From NCBI GenBank assembly GCA_965249575.1, contig OZ252244.1:2912001-2976000 (forward strand): a DNA stretch of 64,000 nt, in the 5' to 3' direction. The DNA is from Gemmatimonadales bacterium. GTDB taxonomy: Bacteria; Gemmatimonadota; Gemmatimonadetes; Gemmatimonadales; GWC2-71-9. Positions 32,716-43,051 of this stretch are shown one piece after another (the stretch's first letter is position 1; every line of letters starts with the position of its first letter). The position numbers and the translations under genes are program-made. The notes under the pieces are model-generated. The model made no database searches and had not been told where the DNA came from. It saw only the letters and a program-made list of their open reading frames with translations.

Positions 32716-35266
32716 ATGAGGCCAGCCACGGTCTGCTTGTGGTGCATGGTATGCGTGGCCGCTCTCGGCGCGAGGCCGGCGTTTGCGGCGATCCAGTCGA
32801 ACGAGGGTCGCACCGTGACGCTCCAGGCCGGAGAACGGTATGGTGCTGGTGCACTTCACAGACTTTTCTTCGGTTCCGACTACCGGGACCTGTGGACGGA
32901 GCCGATCGAGGTTGAGGAGCTGGATCTCCGCGCGCATGCGGGCGGTCTGACCCCACTCAGCAGCGGCGGGGCCAGGCAGACCCGCTCGCTCTGGTTGCTG
33001 GGAGCTGACGGGAGGCGCTACTCCTTCCGCTCCATCGACAAATACCCGGCAGCCGTGCTGCCGCCCGAACTGCGCTCCTCGGTCGCCGCGCGTCGTTGAA
33101 GATCAAACGAGCTCGGGGTACCCGACCGCGCCCCTCGTCGTCGAGCCAATCGCAAGAGCCGTGGGCATCCTCCACCCGGAGCCGAGGATCGTCGTCCTGC
33201 CGGACGATCCGGCGCTCGGCGAATTTCGCGAGGAATTTGCCGGCATGCTCGGAACCCTCGAACCGCTCGTCCGCCCCGGTGTCAACGGTGGTCCTGCCTT
33301 CGCCGACGCGAACCGTATCGTCGGGACCGGCGACCTATTTGAGTTGATGGAACGGAATAGTGCGGCGCGCATAGACGAGCGGGCGTTCCTCGAGGCTCGC
33401 CTCGTCGACGTCTTGATTGGGGACTGGGACCGACACCGGGGACAGTGGCGCTGGGCCCGGATGGACGGCGATCCCGCCACTCCGAGGCTGCCGATTCCCG
33501 AGGATCGTGACCAGGTCTTTGCGAAGTTCGATGGTTTCTTGCTGTGGATCACCCGGTTCGTCAACCCGCAGCTGGTCAAGTTCGGGCCTGAGTATCCGGG
33601 GATGGTTGGACTGAACTGGAATGGGCGGGAGGTTGACCGGCGGCTGCTCGGGGGGCTTGGCGAAGCCGTTTGGGACTCGGTGGCTGCCGAGGTCGCCCGC
33701 GCGGTGAGCGATTCGGTGATCGCGCTCGCCGTTCGCCGGATTCCCGAGGCTCACTACCGGCTGAGCGGAGCCGAGTTGGAAACGATCCTTCGGCGTCGGC
33801 GCGATCTTCTTCCAGACGCCGCCCGGGCGTTCTACCGGATGCTGGCTCGAGAGGCCGACCTGTATGGTACCGACGATGACGAGGTCGTTGAGATTACGAG
33901 AGTCGACGACCGAACGCTCGAGGTAGCCATCGCCGCTGCCGGTGGGCGCTCCCGCCTCAGGCGTCGGTTCGAACGGGAGGACACCAAGGAAATCCGCATC
34001 TATCTCGGGGGCGGAAACGATCGCGTTCGAGTCAGCGGTGGGGGGGCGGTCTCGATCACGGTACGCATCGTTGGCGGTGACGGAGCGGATCGGGTAGAGG
34101 ACGAGACGGGTCGGGGCCGGCTCGAAATCTACGACGAGGGTCGGGGGACGGTCGTTTCAGAAGGCGTTTCGCTCGATCTGCGTGAATACAACCCGACGGT
34201 CGATCCCGAGCAACCGTACTGGTTGCCGCGAGACTGGGGCTCGACTTCCCGGCCCACCCCCTGGCTGGTTGTGGGTCCGGACATTGGTCTCTTCGCGGGT
34301 TTGGGGGTCGTTCACTATCGCTACGGCTTTCGCAAGGAACCCTACGCCTCTCGAGTCGCGTTCCGAGGTGGATACGCTACGGGGGCTCGGACGTTCCGAG
34401 CCGAGTTCGACGCCGATGCTCGCAGGGCCAACTCCATGGTAGGAGCATCGTTGGCAGCTCGCGCCTCCGGCCTCGACATCCTGTTCTTTCATGGACTCGG
34501 CAACGAGACCCAGGCCTCAGGGTCGAAAGAGTTCTACAAGGTGCGCCAGCAGCAATTCAGTTTGCAGCCGGCCATTTCGCTTCCACTCGGCGCGCACGCG
34601 AGCGTAGCGTTTGGACCGGTGGCGAAATATGCTACCACGGACGTTCGCGCTGGTACGTTCCTGGCCAGTACTCCGATGCCGGTCTACGGAACTGAGAATT
34701 TCGGGCAGATCGGTGGGCATGGGGGGTTCGAGTTGGACCTGCGCGATCGCCGCGTCGCGAGTTCCAGGGGGATGCTGCTGCGTATCGGAGGGAGCGTATA
34801 TCCCAGCGCGTGGGATGTGCAGAGCGCGTTTGGCGAGTTGCACGGAGAGGTCTCCACATATCTTAGCGCGAGTGCTACCGGTGATCTCACGCTTGCTCTC
34901 CGGGGCGGGGGCAAGAAAGTGTGGGGCACCTTCCCGTTTCATGAGGCGGCATTTCTGGGTGGCAATGGTTCCTTGCGCGGTTTTCGAGCCCAGCGCTTCG
35001 CGGGAGACGCCGCCCTGTTTGGGAACGCCGAGCTGCGCGTCAAGGTTGGGCAGTTCTTCTTCCTGCTCCCGGGCGATTTCGGGCTACTCGGCCTTGGAGA
35101 TATCGGGCGGGTATTTCTGGAGGGCGAGTCGTCCGACACATGGCATGCGGCGGCGGGCGGCGGCCTCTGGTTTGCGTTCCTGGGACCGCAGAACACGGTG
35201 AGCGTGGCATTCGCCCGAAGCCGCGAGAGGACCGAAGTGTACGCGCGGGCGGGATTCCAGTTCTAG
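32716..35266 (+). CDS. Omp85/BamA-TamA-family barrel protein with atypical kinase-like N-terminal domain; frameshift near 33090
   Basis: Signal peptide from ATG 32716. The frames join as ...VVEDQTSSGYPTAPLVV...GILHP. Motifs LIGDWDRHRGQW and IPEDRDQVF; barrel motifs LRGFRAQRFAGD and NAELR; C-terminal AGFQF. Confidence 0.85.
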
Positions 35267-35318
35267 TCGCTGCCCAGATGAGGTTCGTTCGTCCCGTTCA
35301 GCGTTTCATCTTCGACAC

Positions 35319-36059
35319 GTGAGCATGTCTTCACCGCGAATATCCCTGGTCATTCCGGCATACAACGAGATTGCGGCCCTTCCCGGATTACTCGATTCCG
35401 TCGATCGCGCGCGCGCAGCCTTTCGGGACGGCCCCTCGGCAGTCGAGGTCGTGGTGGCGGACAATAGCTCGGGGGACGGCACCGGAGATCTGGCACGGGA
35501 TCGCGATTGCCTCGTCGTGTCGGTTCTCAAGGGATCAATCGCCGCTGCCAGGAATGCCGGAGCGCGCGCGGCCGGTGGGGAGATTCTGGCTTTCGTTGAT
35601 GCCGACAGCCTGATCCATCAACGCACCTTCGACGCGGTGACGGAGTCCTTCACGACGGGCCGCTACGTGGCGGGCTCCACGGGCGTGACACCGGACAGGT
35701 GGTCGCCGGGAATCGCCGTGACGTATGCGATCTTCCTGCCGCTCGTTTGGCTGACGAGAATGGACACGGGTGTCGTGTTTTGCGGTCGCGCGGATTTCAC
35801 GACGGTCGCCGGCTACGACGAAGACCGGTATTTCGCGGAAGACGTCGCCTTCCTCTGGGCGCTCAAGCGGCGTGGCCAATCGCGAGGCCAACGGCTCGTC
35901 CGCCTGCGTGGCGTCAAGGCAATCTCGTCGACCAGGAAATTCGACCAGTTCGGGGACTGGCACTACTTGACACGGATGCCGCGAATGGGAATGGCCGCAC
36001 TGCGGTCGAAGCAACTCCCCGACTTTGCGAGGCGGTACTGGTATGGACCCAGGGACTGA
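35319..36059 (+). CDS. Glycosyltransferase family 2
   Basis: ISLVIPAYNE, VVADNSSGD, AAARNAGA, FVDAD and AEDV. Confidence 0.92.
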   Translation: MSMSSPRISLVIPAYNEIAALPGLLDSVDRARAAFRDGPSAVEVVVADNSSGDGTGDLARDRDCLVVSVLKGSIAAARNAGARAAGGEILAFVDADSLIHQRTFDAVTESFTTGRYVAGSTGVTPDRWSPGIAVTYAIFLPLVWLTRMDTGVVFCGRADFTTVAGYDEDRYFAEDVAFLWALKRRGQSRGQRLVRLRGVKAISSTRKFDQFGDWHYLTRMPRMGMAALRSKQLPDFARRYWYGPRD

Positions 36060-36123
36060 AGTCGAGTTTCCCAGCTTCCCAGCAGTCGATTTCAAGAGCG
36101 CTGAGTCCCATCCCAGTACCTCT

Positions 36124-36213
36124 CCCGAGTGAGCAGTGAGCAGGCCGCCCCGCATCCGCACCACCACGGGCGTGTTGAGGTGTGGTCTCCCCACTGCTCA
36201 CTCCTCACTCGGG
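36124..36213. repeat. 20-bp inverted repeat built from heptamer units, between convergent genes
   Basis: CCCGAGTGAGCAGTGAGCAG (36124-36143) versus the reverse complement of 36194-36213, CCCGAGTGAGGAGTGAGCAG: 19/20 identical. Confidence 0.8.
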
Positions 36214-36239
36214 TTGTGGAGTGAGGAACGGCCGGTTGT

Positions 36240-37559
36240 TCAGCTCACCGGCGCCGGCGCTCCGTCGGGTCCATTATCCCAGTCTTGGGCCGAGGACACG
36301 TTGGGCATGCCCCACTGGTGCCCATTCCACCCGTCGAAACCGTCCATCTTGAAGGCCCAGAAACCGGTCGTGATGTCGCTGATCACGATCAGTCCGTCGG
36401 CATTACGTACATCGATGCCAAAAGCACCCTGCGCGACGCCACTCCCGCCCAGTCCCTTGTTGTGCGGACCGTCGTACGTGTCGTAGTACCCAACGGTGTA
36501 CGGGTTCGTCGGGTCCATCATGTTGAACACGTGTAGTCCGTCCTCATAACCCGAGACGAAGACGTAGGGCCAGCGCACCTCGTGGTTGTGAGCGAGGTTC
36601 TTCCAGTCCGCCGTCCAAGCGCCGATCGGACGTGAAATCGTTCGCACCTCGCCATCCAACCCCGGTTTGAGATCGAAGATTCTCAAGGGCGCGTATTGAT
36701 ACTCGGTCTCGGCGACGACGTACCGTCCGTCGGGCGAGGGCGTGAAGGTGTGGCCCCGCGCGACACCCGCGGCTCCCACGATTGAAGTGATGAGGGAGGG
36801 CTCCTCGGGCCGGCTCACATCGTAGAGGTGGTATCCCCCGGTGCCACCGCCGTAGAAGATGTCTCGGCGAGTAGCGGGGTCATAACCTACGTAGAAATCG
36901 TGGTAGCTGTTCCTCTGGTCCCCAGGGTTTTCAGGAACTGGGACCCTCGCGATCAGCCCCTGGTCCGGGGCTCCGGACAGGAATCGCTCCATGTCGTACA
37001 CGTTGGCGCCAGGCGCGAGCGTGGCGAATAGCAGAACCCGCCCTCCCGAGTGCTTGTACGCGTAAATGTTATGAAACCCGTTTGGCATCTCTGGTGCGCG
37101 TATGCGACCAACCTCGCGGATCGCCGTGGTGTCGGGAAGGCTGGTGACGTCTAAGACGACGGCTCCGACGTCGCTGTTCGGGCTGCCCTGGGGGAACTGT
37201 AATGACTGCGCGTCGTAGTAGCGTCCCCCGAGCTTGAAATACTTGTTGTCCATGGCCCCGAATCCCGTGTGTAGCTCGGGATTCTCGATGGTCCAGGTGT
37301 AAAGGACACGAGCGCGTGTGGGGTCTTTGAGATCGATGATATGAAAACTGGCCGGCGGGTTGAATGCCGATACGTACGCATACGGGCGGGACAGCTCCTG
37401 CTCGATCTCGATGTCCGTTGCGTGGAAAGCTCCTCCGATCGGCAGGTGTGACATGATCTGGATGTTTGAGCTTCCCTGCTCTCCCGGCGGGTACTGGGCA
37501 GGGAGCGACGTCGCCAGCAGAACTCCGAATCCACACAGCACAACGGTTCGCGCGATCAT
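36240..37559 (-). CDS. Secreted LVIVD-like/His-rich beta-propeller protein, paralog 2
   Basis: Same motifs as 22844-24265. Signal MIARTVVLCGFGVLLATSLPA after AAGGGAGA. Confidence 0.78.
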   Translation of the reverse strand: MIARTVVLCGFGVLLATSLPAQYPPGEQGSSNIQIMSHLPIGGAFHATDIEIEQELSRPYAYVSAFNPPASFHIIDLKDPTRARVLYTWTIENPELHTGFGAMDNKYFKLGGRYYDAQSLQFPQGSPNSDVGAVVLDVTSLPDTTAIREVGRIRAPEMPNGFHNIYAYKHSGGRVLLFATLAPGANVYDMERFLSGAPDQGLIARVPVPENPGDQRNSYHDFYVGYDPATRRDIFYGGGTGGYHLYDVSRPEEPSLITSIVGAAGVARGHTFTPSPDGRYVVAETEYQYAPLRIFDLKPGLDGEVRTISRPIGAWTADWKNLAHNHEVRWPYVFVSGYEDGLHVFNMMDPTNPYTVGYYDTYDGPHNKGLGGSGVAQGAFGIDVRNADGLIVISDITTGFWAFKMDGFDGWNGHQWGMPNVSSAQDWDNGPDGAPAPVS

Positions 37560-37667
37560 GATGTCTCCCTTTCCTAACATGAAGAGGCCTCCGGCCCCTC
37601 GCTTCCCAGGTTCGGGGTAGGGAGGCCGCCCCGCCTCCCCTCCGCGTCGAGGTGGCGGGTCTTTCGT

Positions 37668-38984
37668 TTAGCTTATCGGCGCCAGCGCGCCGTCAGGTCC
37701 GTTGTCCCAATCCTGCGCCGACGAGATGTCTGGCATCCCCCACTGGTGGCCGTTCCAGCCGTCGAACCCGTCCATCTTGAACGCCCAAAAACCGGTAGTG
37801 ATGTCATTCACGACGATGAGACCGTCGGCGTTGCGCACATCCACCCCGAATGCGCCTTGTGCTACACCGCTGCCGCCTAGGCCCTTGTCGTGAGGACCAT
37901 CATACGTGTCGTAGTAGGCGACCGTGTACGGGTTCGTCGGGTCCATCATGTTGAATACGTGCAGACCATCCTCATAGCCCGACACGAAGACGTACGGCCA
38001 GCGGACTTCGGTATTGTGCACGAGATTGCGCCAGTCGGCGGTCCACGCTCCGATCGGCCTGCTGATCGTCTGTGTCTCACCATCAAGGCCGGGCTTGAGA
38101 TCGAAGATCCTCAGGGGTGCGTACTGGTATTCCGCTTCGGCGACGACATATCGCCCGTCGGGTGTCGGAGTGAAGGTGTGGCCCCACGTTACGCCGGCCA
38201 CGCCGGTAACGGACGTGATGAGACTTGGTTCTTCGGGATTCGAAACGTCGTACACGAAATAGCCACCCTGGCCGCCGCCATAAAACTTGTCCTGTCGGGT
38301 GGCGGGATCGTATCCCAAGTAGAAGTCGTGGTAGAAGGCTGCGCCGTTCGGCGAGTCGGGCACCGGAACCATGCCGATGAGTCCCTGGTCTCCCGCTCCG
38401 CCAAGAAACCGTTCCATGTCATAGATCTTGGCCCCCCCACTACTGGTCGCGTAGAGGAGTACCCGCCCGCTTGAGTGTTTGTATGCAAAGATATTGTGGA
38501 ACCCGTTGGGTGCGTCGGGAGCGCGAATGCGGCCGGCCTCCCTCACCTTCGTGACATCCGGGAGTCCGGTCACGTCGAGCACGACCGCTCCGAGATCCGT
38601 GTCAGGACTGCCAGCCCGGAACTGAAACGACTGCACGTCGTAGTACCGGCCCCCGAGCTTGAAGTACTTGTTGTCCATCGCACCGTACCCCACGTGGAGG
38701 TCCGGGTTCTCGATCGTCCACGTATAGATGACGTTTGCGCGCTTTGGATCTTTGATGTCGATGATGTGGAAACCCGCGGGCGGGTTGAATGCCGACGCGT
38801 AGACGTAGGGCCGGGACATCTCCTGCTCGATCTCGACATCCGTCGCGTGAAACGGCCCTCCGATCGGGACGTGCGAGAGAATCTCGATGTTGGAGCTCCC
38901 TTGTTTGCCGGGCGGGTATTGTCCAGCGAGAGGAACCGCAAGCACCATTCCAAGGACGGTCAACACGATCGTACGGCCGTTCAT
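37668..38984 (-). CDS. Secreted LVIVD-like/His-rich beta-propeller protein, paralog 3 (tandem with paralog 2)
   Basis: Signal MNGRTIVLTVLGMVLAVPLAG after AAGGAG. Collinear with paralog 2 over its full length. Confidence 0.78.
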   Translation of the reverse strand: MNGRTIVLTVLGMVLAVPLAGQYPPGKQGSSNIEILSHVPIGGPFHATDVEIEQEMSRPYVYASAFNPPAGFHIIDIKDPKRANVIYTWTIENPDLHVGYGAMDNKYFKLGGRYYDVQSFQFRAGSPDTDLGAVVLDVTGLPDVTKVREAGRIRAPDAPNGFHNIFAYKHSSGRVLLYATSSGGAKIYDMERFLGGAGDQGLIGMVPVPDSPNGAAFYHDFYLGYDPATRQDKFYGGGQGGYFVYDVSNPEEPSLITSVTGVAGVTWGHTFTPTPDGRYVVAEAEYQYAPLRIFDLKPGLDGETQTISRPIGAWTADWRNLVHNTEVRWPYVFVSGYEDGLHVFNMMDPTNPYTVAYYDTYDGPHDKGLGGSGVAQGAFGVDVRNADGLIVVNDITTGFWAFKMDGFDGWNGHQWGMPDISSAQDWDNGPDGALAPIS

Positions 38985-39321
38985 GTCGTCTCCTTTTGGG
39001 GGAGTGAGGTGCACTGTCGTCCGGTCCGCAACCCGTGATCGGTGGTACCCTGGAAGCCTGTCGAACGTCGCGGTCCCATCCTGGACCCGATAGCCGCTCG
39101 GAGGGCGTTTCCTTACGGAGGGACGGAGTGGCTCGCACGCCGCCCGTACGAGCCTCGGCCAAAGCGAACACCCGACGGCCGCCGAGAAGTTGGTTCGCAG
39201 TTCGGCAGTGGTCAAGCACTCTCGTTTGCATCGCGCTCATCCCCGCACTACCATTGAGCGCTGCAACGGCTGGACGAAGCGGGGAGAGTCCGGCGAGCAC
39301 CGCGGTGAATTGAGGAGAGCC

Positions 39322-39585
39322 TTGGCGAGTCGGGCCCACGTGGGTCGTGCAGGGATCGTTGACCGGTTGCTTCGGATCTTCACCGATGTTCGGGCAGGTG
39401 AAAGTGCGACGGCGTTACTCCTGACCGCGAACGTTTTTCTGATCTTCATTGCCTACTATCTGATGCGTCCGGTGCGGGAAGCCCTCATTCTCGCTGGGGG
39501 CGGAGCTGAGCTCAAGAGCTACTTGTCGGCGGGCCAGGTCGTTCTGCTTGCGGGTGCGGTGCCGATCCCCCATCAAGCCGCGTGA
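39322..39585 (+). pseudogene. N-terminal remnant of a TLC/Npt-like nucleotide transporter (MFS-like)
   Basis: GAGGAG RBS, then FTDVRAGESATALLLTANVFLIFIAYYLMRPVREALIL...AELKSY. Stops after about two TM helices. Confidence 0.65.
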
Positions 39586-40256
39586 GAAGCGAGGTGTTTC
39601 TTGCGCTCGCCATCGGCCTTCTCAATCAGTGGACCCCGAACACCGTGGGGCTCTCGCTCATTCAGGCCAGTCACTCGTTGAACGAAGCACACTCGGAAAA
39701 CCTGATTCATCGCGACGTCAAGCCGGCGAATCTGTATACGTGCCGCATGGGACTCGATCTGGATTTCGTGAAGGTGCTGGATTTCGGTCTGGTGAAGATC
39801 ACCGGGCCGCAGGGTGTGAATCAGAGCTTCGCGACCACACCCGGCGCGACTGCCGGCACGCCGGCGTTCATGGCGCCCGAGGTGGCCATGGGCGAGCCGG
39901 GACTCGACGGGAGGGCGGATATTTACGCCCTCGGGTGCGTCGGCTATTGGCTTCTCACCGGCCAGCTGCTCTTCGATGCCGATACCGCGATCAAGATGAT
40001 GTTCGAGCAGATCAACACCCAACCCCTCCCTCCGTCGCAGCAAAGTGAGCTCGAGATCCCCGAGGCGCTGGACGAGGTCATCCTGTCATGTCTCGCGAAG
40101 AAGAAGGAAGATCGCCCCGCGACCGCGGCGGACTTGGCGGCGAGGCTCGCAGCCATCGACGTGCGGGAGGCATGGACTCAGGAGCGAGCTGCCCGTTGGT
40201 GGCGCACGCACCTGCCTGGCGAATCGGCGCCGGTACCGGCGGCGCTCACCGCCTGA
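39582..40256 (+). pseudogene. C-terminal half of a Hanks-type Ser/Thr kinase (N-lobe missing)
   Basis: HRDVKPAN, VKVLDFGLVK, GTPAFMAPE and DIYALGC present. No GxGxxG or VAxK upstream. Confidence 0.8.
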
Positions 40257-40267
40257 GGCATCTGCTG

Positions 40268-41542
40268 CTAGCCCCAGAAGCGCGATAGAGCGAAAGCGGG
40301 CTCGGGTGCCTGGTTATTGAGGACCATCCGGGCGACCATCTCTCCGAGCGCCGGCCCGTGTTTGAAGCCGTGCCCCGATCCTCCACCGACGATCCACATG
40401 TTGAGGGCCAGCGGGTGGCGGTCAACGATGAAGTCGAAGTCCGGCGAGTTCTCGTATTGACAGACTCGGGTCTCGAGGATGGGCGCGTTTCGTAGTGCGG
40501 GGAACCGCCTGGCGAGAAGGGCGAGGGCCCGCTCTGTTCCCTCCTCAGTCACCCGCCGATCGCCGTTGGTCGGATCGAAGCGCGGGCCTCGGGTGTCGTC
40601 TGCCACCTTGAAGCCGCGCGCCGCGTTGCCCGGGATTCCGTAGAACACCCTCTCGGCCCAATCCACCCAGGCCGGCATTGCAGATTCGAGAAAGCGGCCG
40701 TCGCCGCGCGGGGTCCCGAAGTAGAATGTCTCTTGCCGCGTGGGCATTACGAGATCTCCAACTACCTCGGAGATCACTTCCCTGAGCCACGGACCGCACG
40801 CAAAGACATACTGGTCCGCTCGGAGGAGCGATGCTTCGCCTGTAATCCCGGTGAGTTCTCTTCCAGAAATCGGTCCCGGCGAGGCCCAGAATCGCCGATA
40901 CTCGCCGCCCTCATCGATGAAAGCGCTGAACACGGCCCGGCAGGCCTCGCGTGCGTGGAGGTACCCGGCCCCCGGCTCGTAGAACACCCACCGCACGCCG
41001 TCGAAGTCGATCTGCGGGTAGCGTTTGGCTGCCTCCGCGAGGCTCAGCTCCTCGATGGGGATCCGGGCGGCCTCCAGCAGGCTCATGGCTCTCCGATCAG
41101 AGCGATCATCCAAGCTCCTCATTCTGAGGCTGCCGGTCCGGACGTAGAGTTGGCGCCCCCACCGGGTTTCGTGCTCCTTCCATAGCTCGAGGGCGCGAAG
41201 AGCAAGTCGTATATAGATCGGATTCGAGTATGTCGCACGTATGATCCGTGTGTCGCCGCCGGAGCTCGAGCGAGAATTCCCGGGATCCCACGCGTCGACG
41301 AGCGTTACCCGCGCGCCCATGCGCAGGAGTTGAAGTGCGGTCCATCCGCCGAACGCTCCAGCCCCGACAACCACGACGCGCTGAGCCAGCCTCCGGCCCG
41401 CACGAGCGCTTGGAGCCGATCGTCCGAGAGATTCCGGGGCGGCGAGCGCGGTGAGTGCGGCGGCGCCGCCTAACTTCAGGAACGATCGCCGCGTGACCTC
41501 CGGGGGGCGTGGTGAATCGCGAGTCGGAGCGCGAGCAATCAT
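40268..41542 (-). CDS. FAD-dependent oxidoreductase, monomeric sarcosine oxidase/SolA-like, with Tat signal
   Basis: TRRSFLK twin-arginine signal, VVVVGAGAFG, SSGGDTRIIR, VCQYENSPD and GGSGHGFK. Confidence 0.9.
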   Translation of the reverse strand: MIARAPTRDSPRPPEVTRRSFLKLGGAAALTALAAPESLGRSAPSARAGRRLAQRVVVVGAGAFGGWTALQLLRMGARVTLVDAWDPGNSRSSSGGDTRIIRATYSNPIYIRLALRALELWKEHETRWGRQLYVRTGSLRMRSLDDRSDRRAMSLLEAARIPIEELSLAEAAKRYPQIDFDGVRWVFYEPGAGYLHAREACRAVFSAFIDEGGEYRRFWASPGPISGRELTGITGEASLLRADQYVFACGPWLREVISEVVGDLVMPTRQETFYFGTPRGDGRFLESAMPAWVDWAERVFYGIPGNAARGFKVADDTRGPRFDPTNGDRRVTEEGTERALALLARRFPALRNAPILETRVCQYENSPDFDFIVDRHPLALNMWIVGGGSGHGFKHGPALGEMVARMVLNNQAPEPAFALSRFWG

Positions 41543-41726
41543 GCCCCTAGATACACCGGTGAGGGACGGTTCGCCATGGCGGGCCTCCGGCGTTCGCCAC
41601 CGCTCGGGTACTTTGGCTTGGAACGATCGCGGTTACCGTCACCGGGGGAGTTGACTGGGTGCAGAACGTGTCACGGTAATTGCGAGGAAGTACCGAGGGT
41701 GCTGCGCGCGGCGGGGGCGCGCGATC

Positions 41727-42902
41727 TTAGCCGCAAACCTTGATGGCAGTCCGCGCCAGCACGGCGGCGAGTTGCTTCACCGAATTCAGATCGACCCATT
41801 CCTCGTCAGCGTGGGCGCCCGAGCCGTGCGGGCCGATCACCACCGTCTCGATCCCTGCATTCGCCAGCAAGGCCGAATCCATCCAGGGCGTTTCGCCGAC
41901 GTAGTGTGATGCCGTTTCCAGCACGTCCTCCACCGCGTCGGACACCGCCCGGACAACTAGAGCATCACGCCCGATCTCGAACGGATCCCGGACCATCAGC
42001 GTTCTCAAGGTCGACTCGAGGGTTGGGTCTTGGCCACGGAGGCTGTCCAGCATGCGCCGGACTTCCCTGGTGACGCCCTCTTCGGTCTCGCCCGGAATCG
42101 TGCGGCGCTCGATTGCCAGGACGCAGCGCGCCGCATATGTAGAAAGCCCGGTCCCGCCGTGGCGCGTTGCGGCGTGGAGCGATGGGCGTCCTACCAAGCT
42201 GTGCGGCGGGCGGTTGCTCAGCTCGGCCTCGAGTGCCTGCAGCGCGGCCAATACCCGACCCATTCGCATGTTGGCGTCCACGCCTTCCTCCGGTCGGCTC
42301 CCGTGCGCGGCCCGGCCTAGCGTTTCGATCTCGAGCCACACGAAGCCTTTGTGCGCGAGGCAGATGTTGAGCTGGGTAGGCTCGGTTACGATGGCGGCGT
42401 CAACCGGAAGGCGAGGGATTAGATCGGCAGTACCGATCGACGCGTGCTCCTCGTCCGCGACCGCAGCGACAACGAGATCTCCCGGTAGCTGGATTTGTGC
42501 GTCCTCGAGCGCCTTGACGGCGCCAAGGCACGCCGCGAGGCTCCCCTTCATGTCGTAGGCTCCTCGGCCGTAGAGGCGGGTCCCGCGTATTGCTGCCGAG
42601 AACGGATCGTTCATGCCCTCTACGCCGACCGTATCGTAGTGGGCGTTCAGCATGAGGGATCGGCCCTTTCCGGCTCCTCGCTTCACCCCGACCACGCTGA
42701 CCCGCCCTAGCTCGGGCTCGTAGACCGAAACCGTGAGACCCAGTTCCCGCATGGCGGTGGCCGTGAACTCTGCTACCTCGGACTCGCCAGGGGCTCCCGG
42801 GACCAGCGCGGGATTCACAGAGTTGATGCGCACCAGCCCGGACAGGATTTGGGTCGTGTAGTCGCCGTCAACCGGGATAGCGGCGCGGTACAGGGTCCCC
42901 AT
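41727..42902 (-). CDS. M20 ArgE/DapE-family deacylase (acetylornithine deacetylase-like)
   Basis: LNAHYDTV, LYGRGAYDMKG, ADEE, IVTEPT, GRAAHGS and GAHADEEWV. Confidence 0.92.
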   Translation of the reverse strand: MGTLYRAAIPVDGDYTTQILSGLVRINSVNPALVPGAPGESEVAEFTATAMRELGLTVSVYEPELGRVSVVGVKRGAGKGRSLMLNAHYDTVGVEGMNDPFSAAIRGTRLYGRGAYDMKGSLAACLGAVKALEDAQIQLPGDLVVAAVADEEHASIGTADLIPRLPVDAAIVTEPTQLNICLAHKGFVWLEIETLGRAAHGSRPEEGVDANMRMGRVLAALQALEAELSNRPPHSLVGRPSLHAATRHGGTGLSTYAARCVLAIERRTIPGETEEGVTREVRRMLDSLRGQDPTLESTLRTLMVRDPFEIGRDALVVRAVSDAVEDVLETASHYVGETPWMDSALLANAGIETVVIGPHGSGAHADEEWVDLNSVKQLAAVLARTAIKVCG

Positions 42903-43051
42903 CAATGCGAACCTTTCTGTGCAATGAAGAATCGCCGGCGAGGATGCTCCGATCACAACGGACACTATCCGCCCGAAGCACCGCCGAATAGCTTAGCCCC
43001 GTCGCGGCCCGCTTCGGCGAGCCGACCTATCCCGTCACCCGGAGTTCCGGA

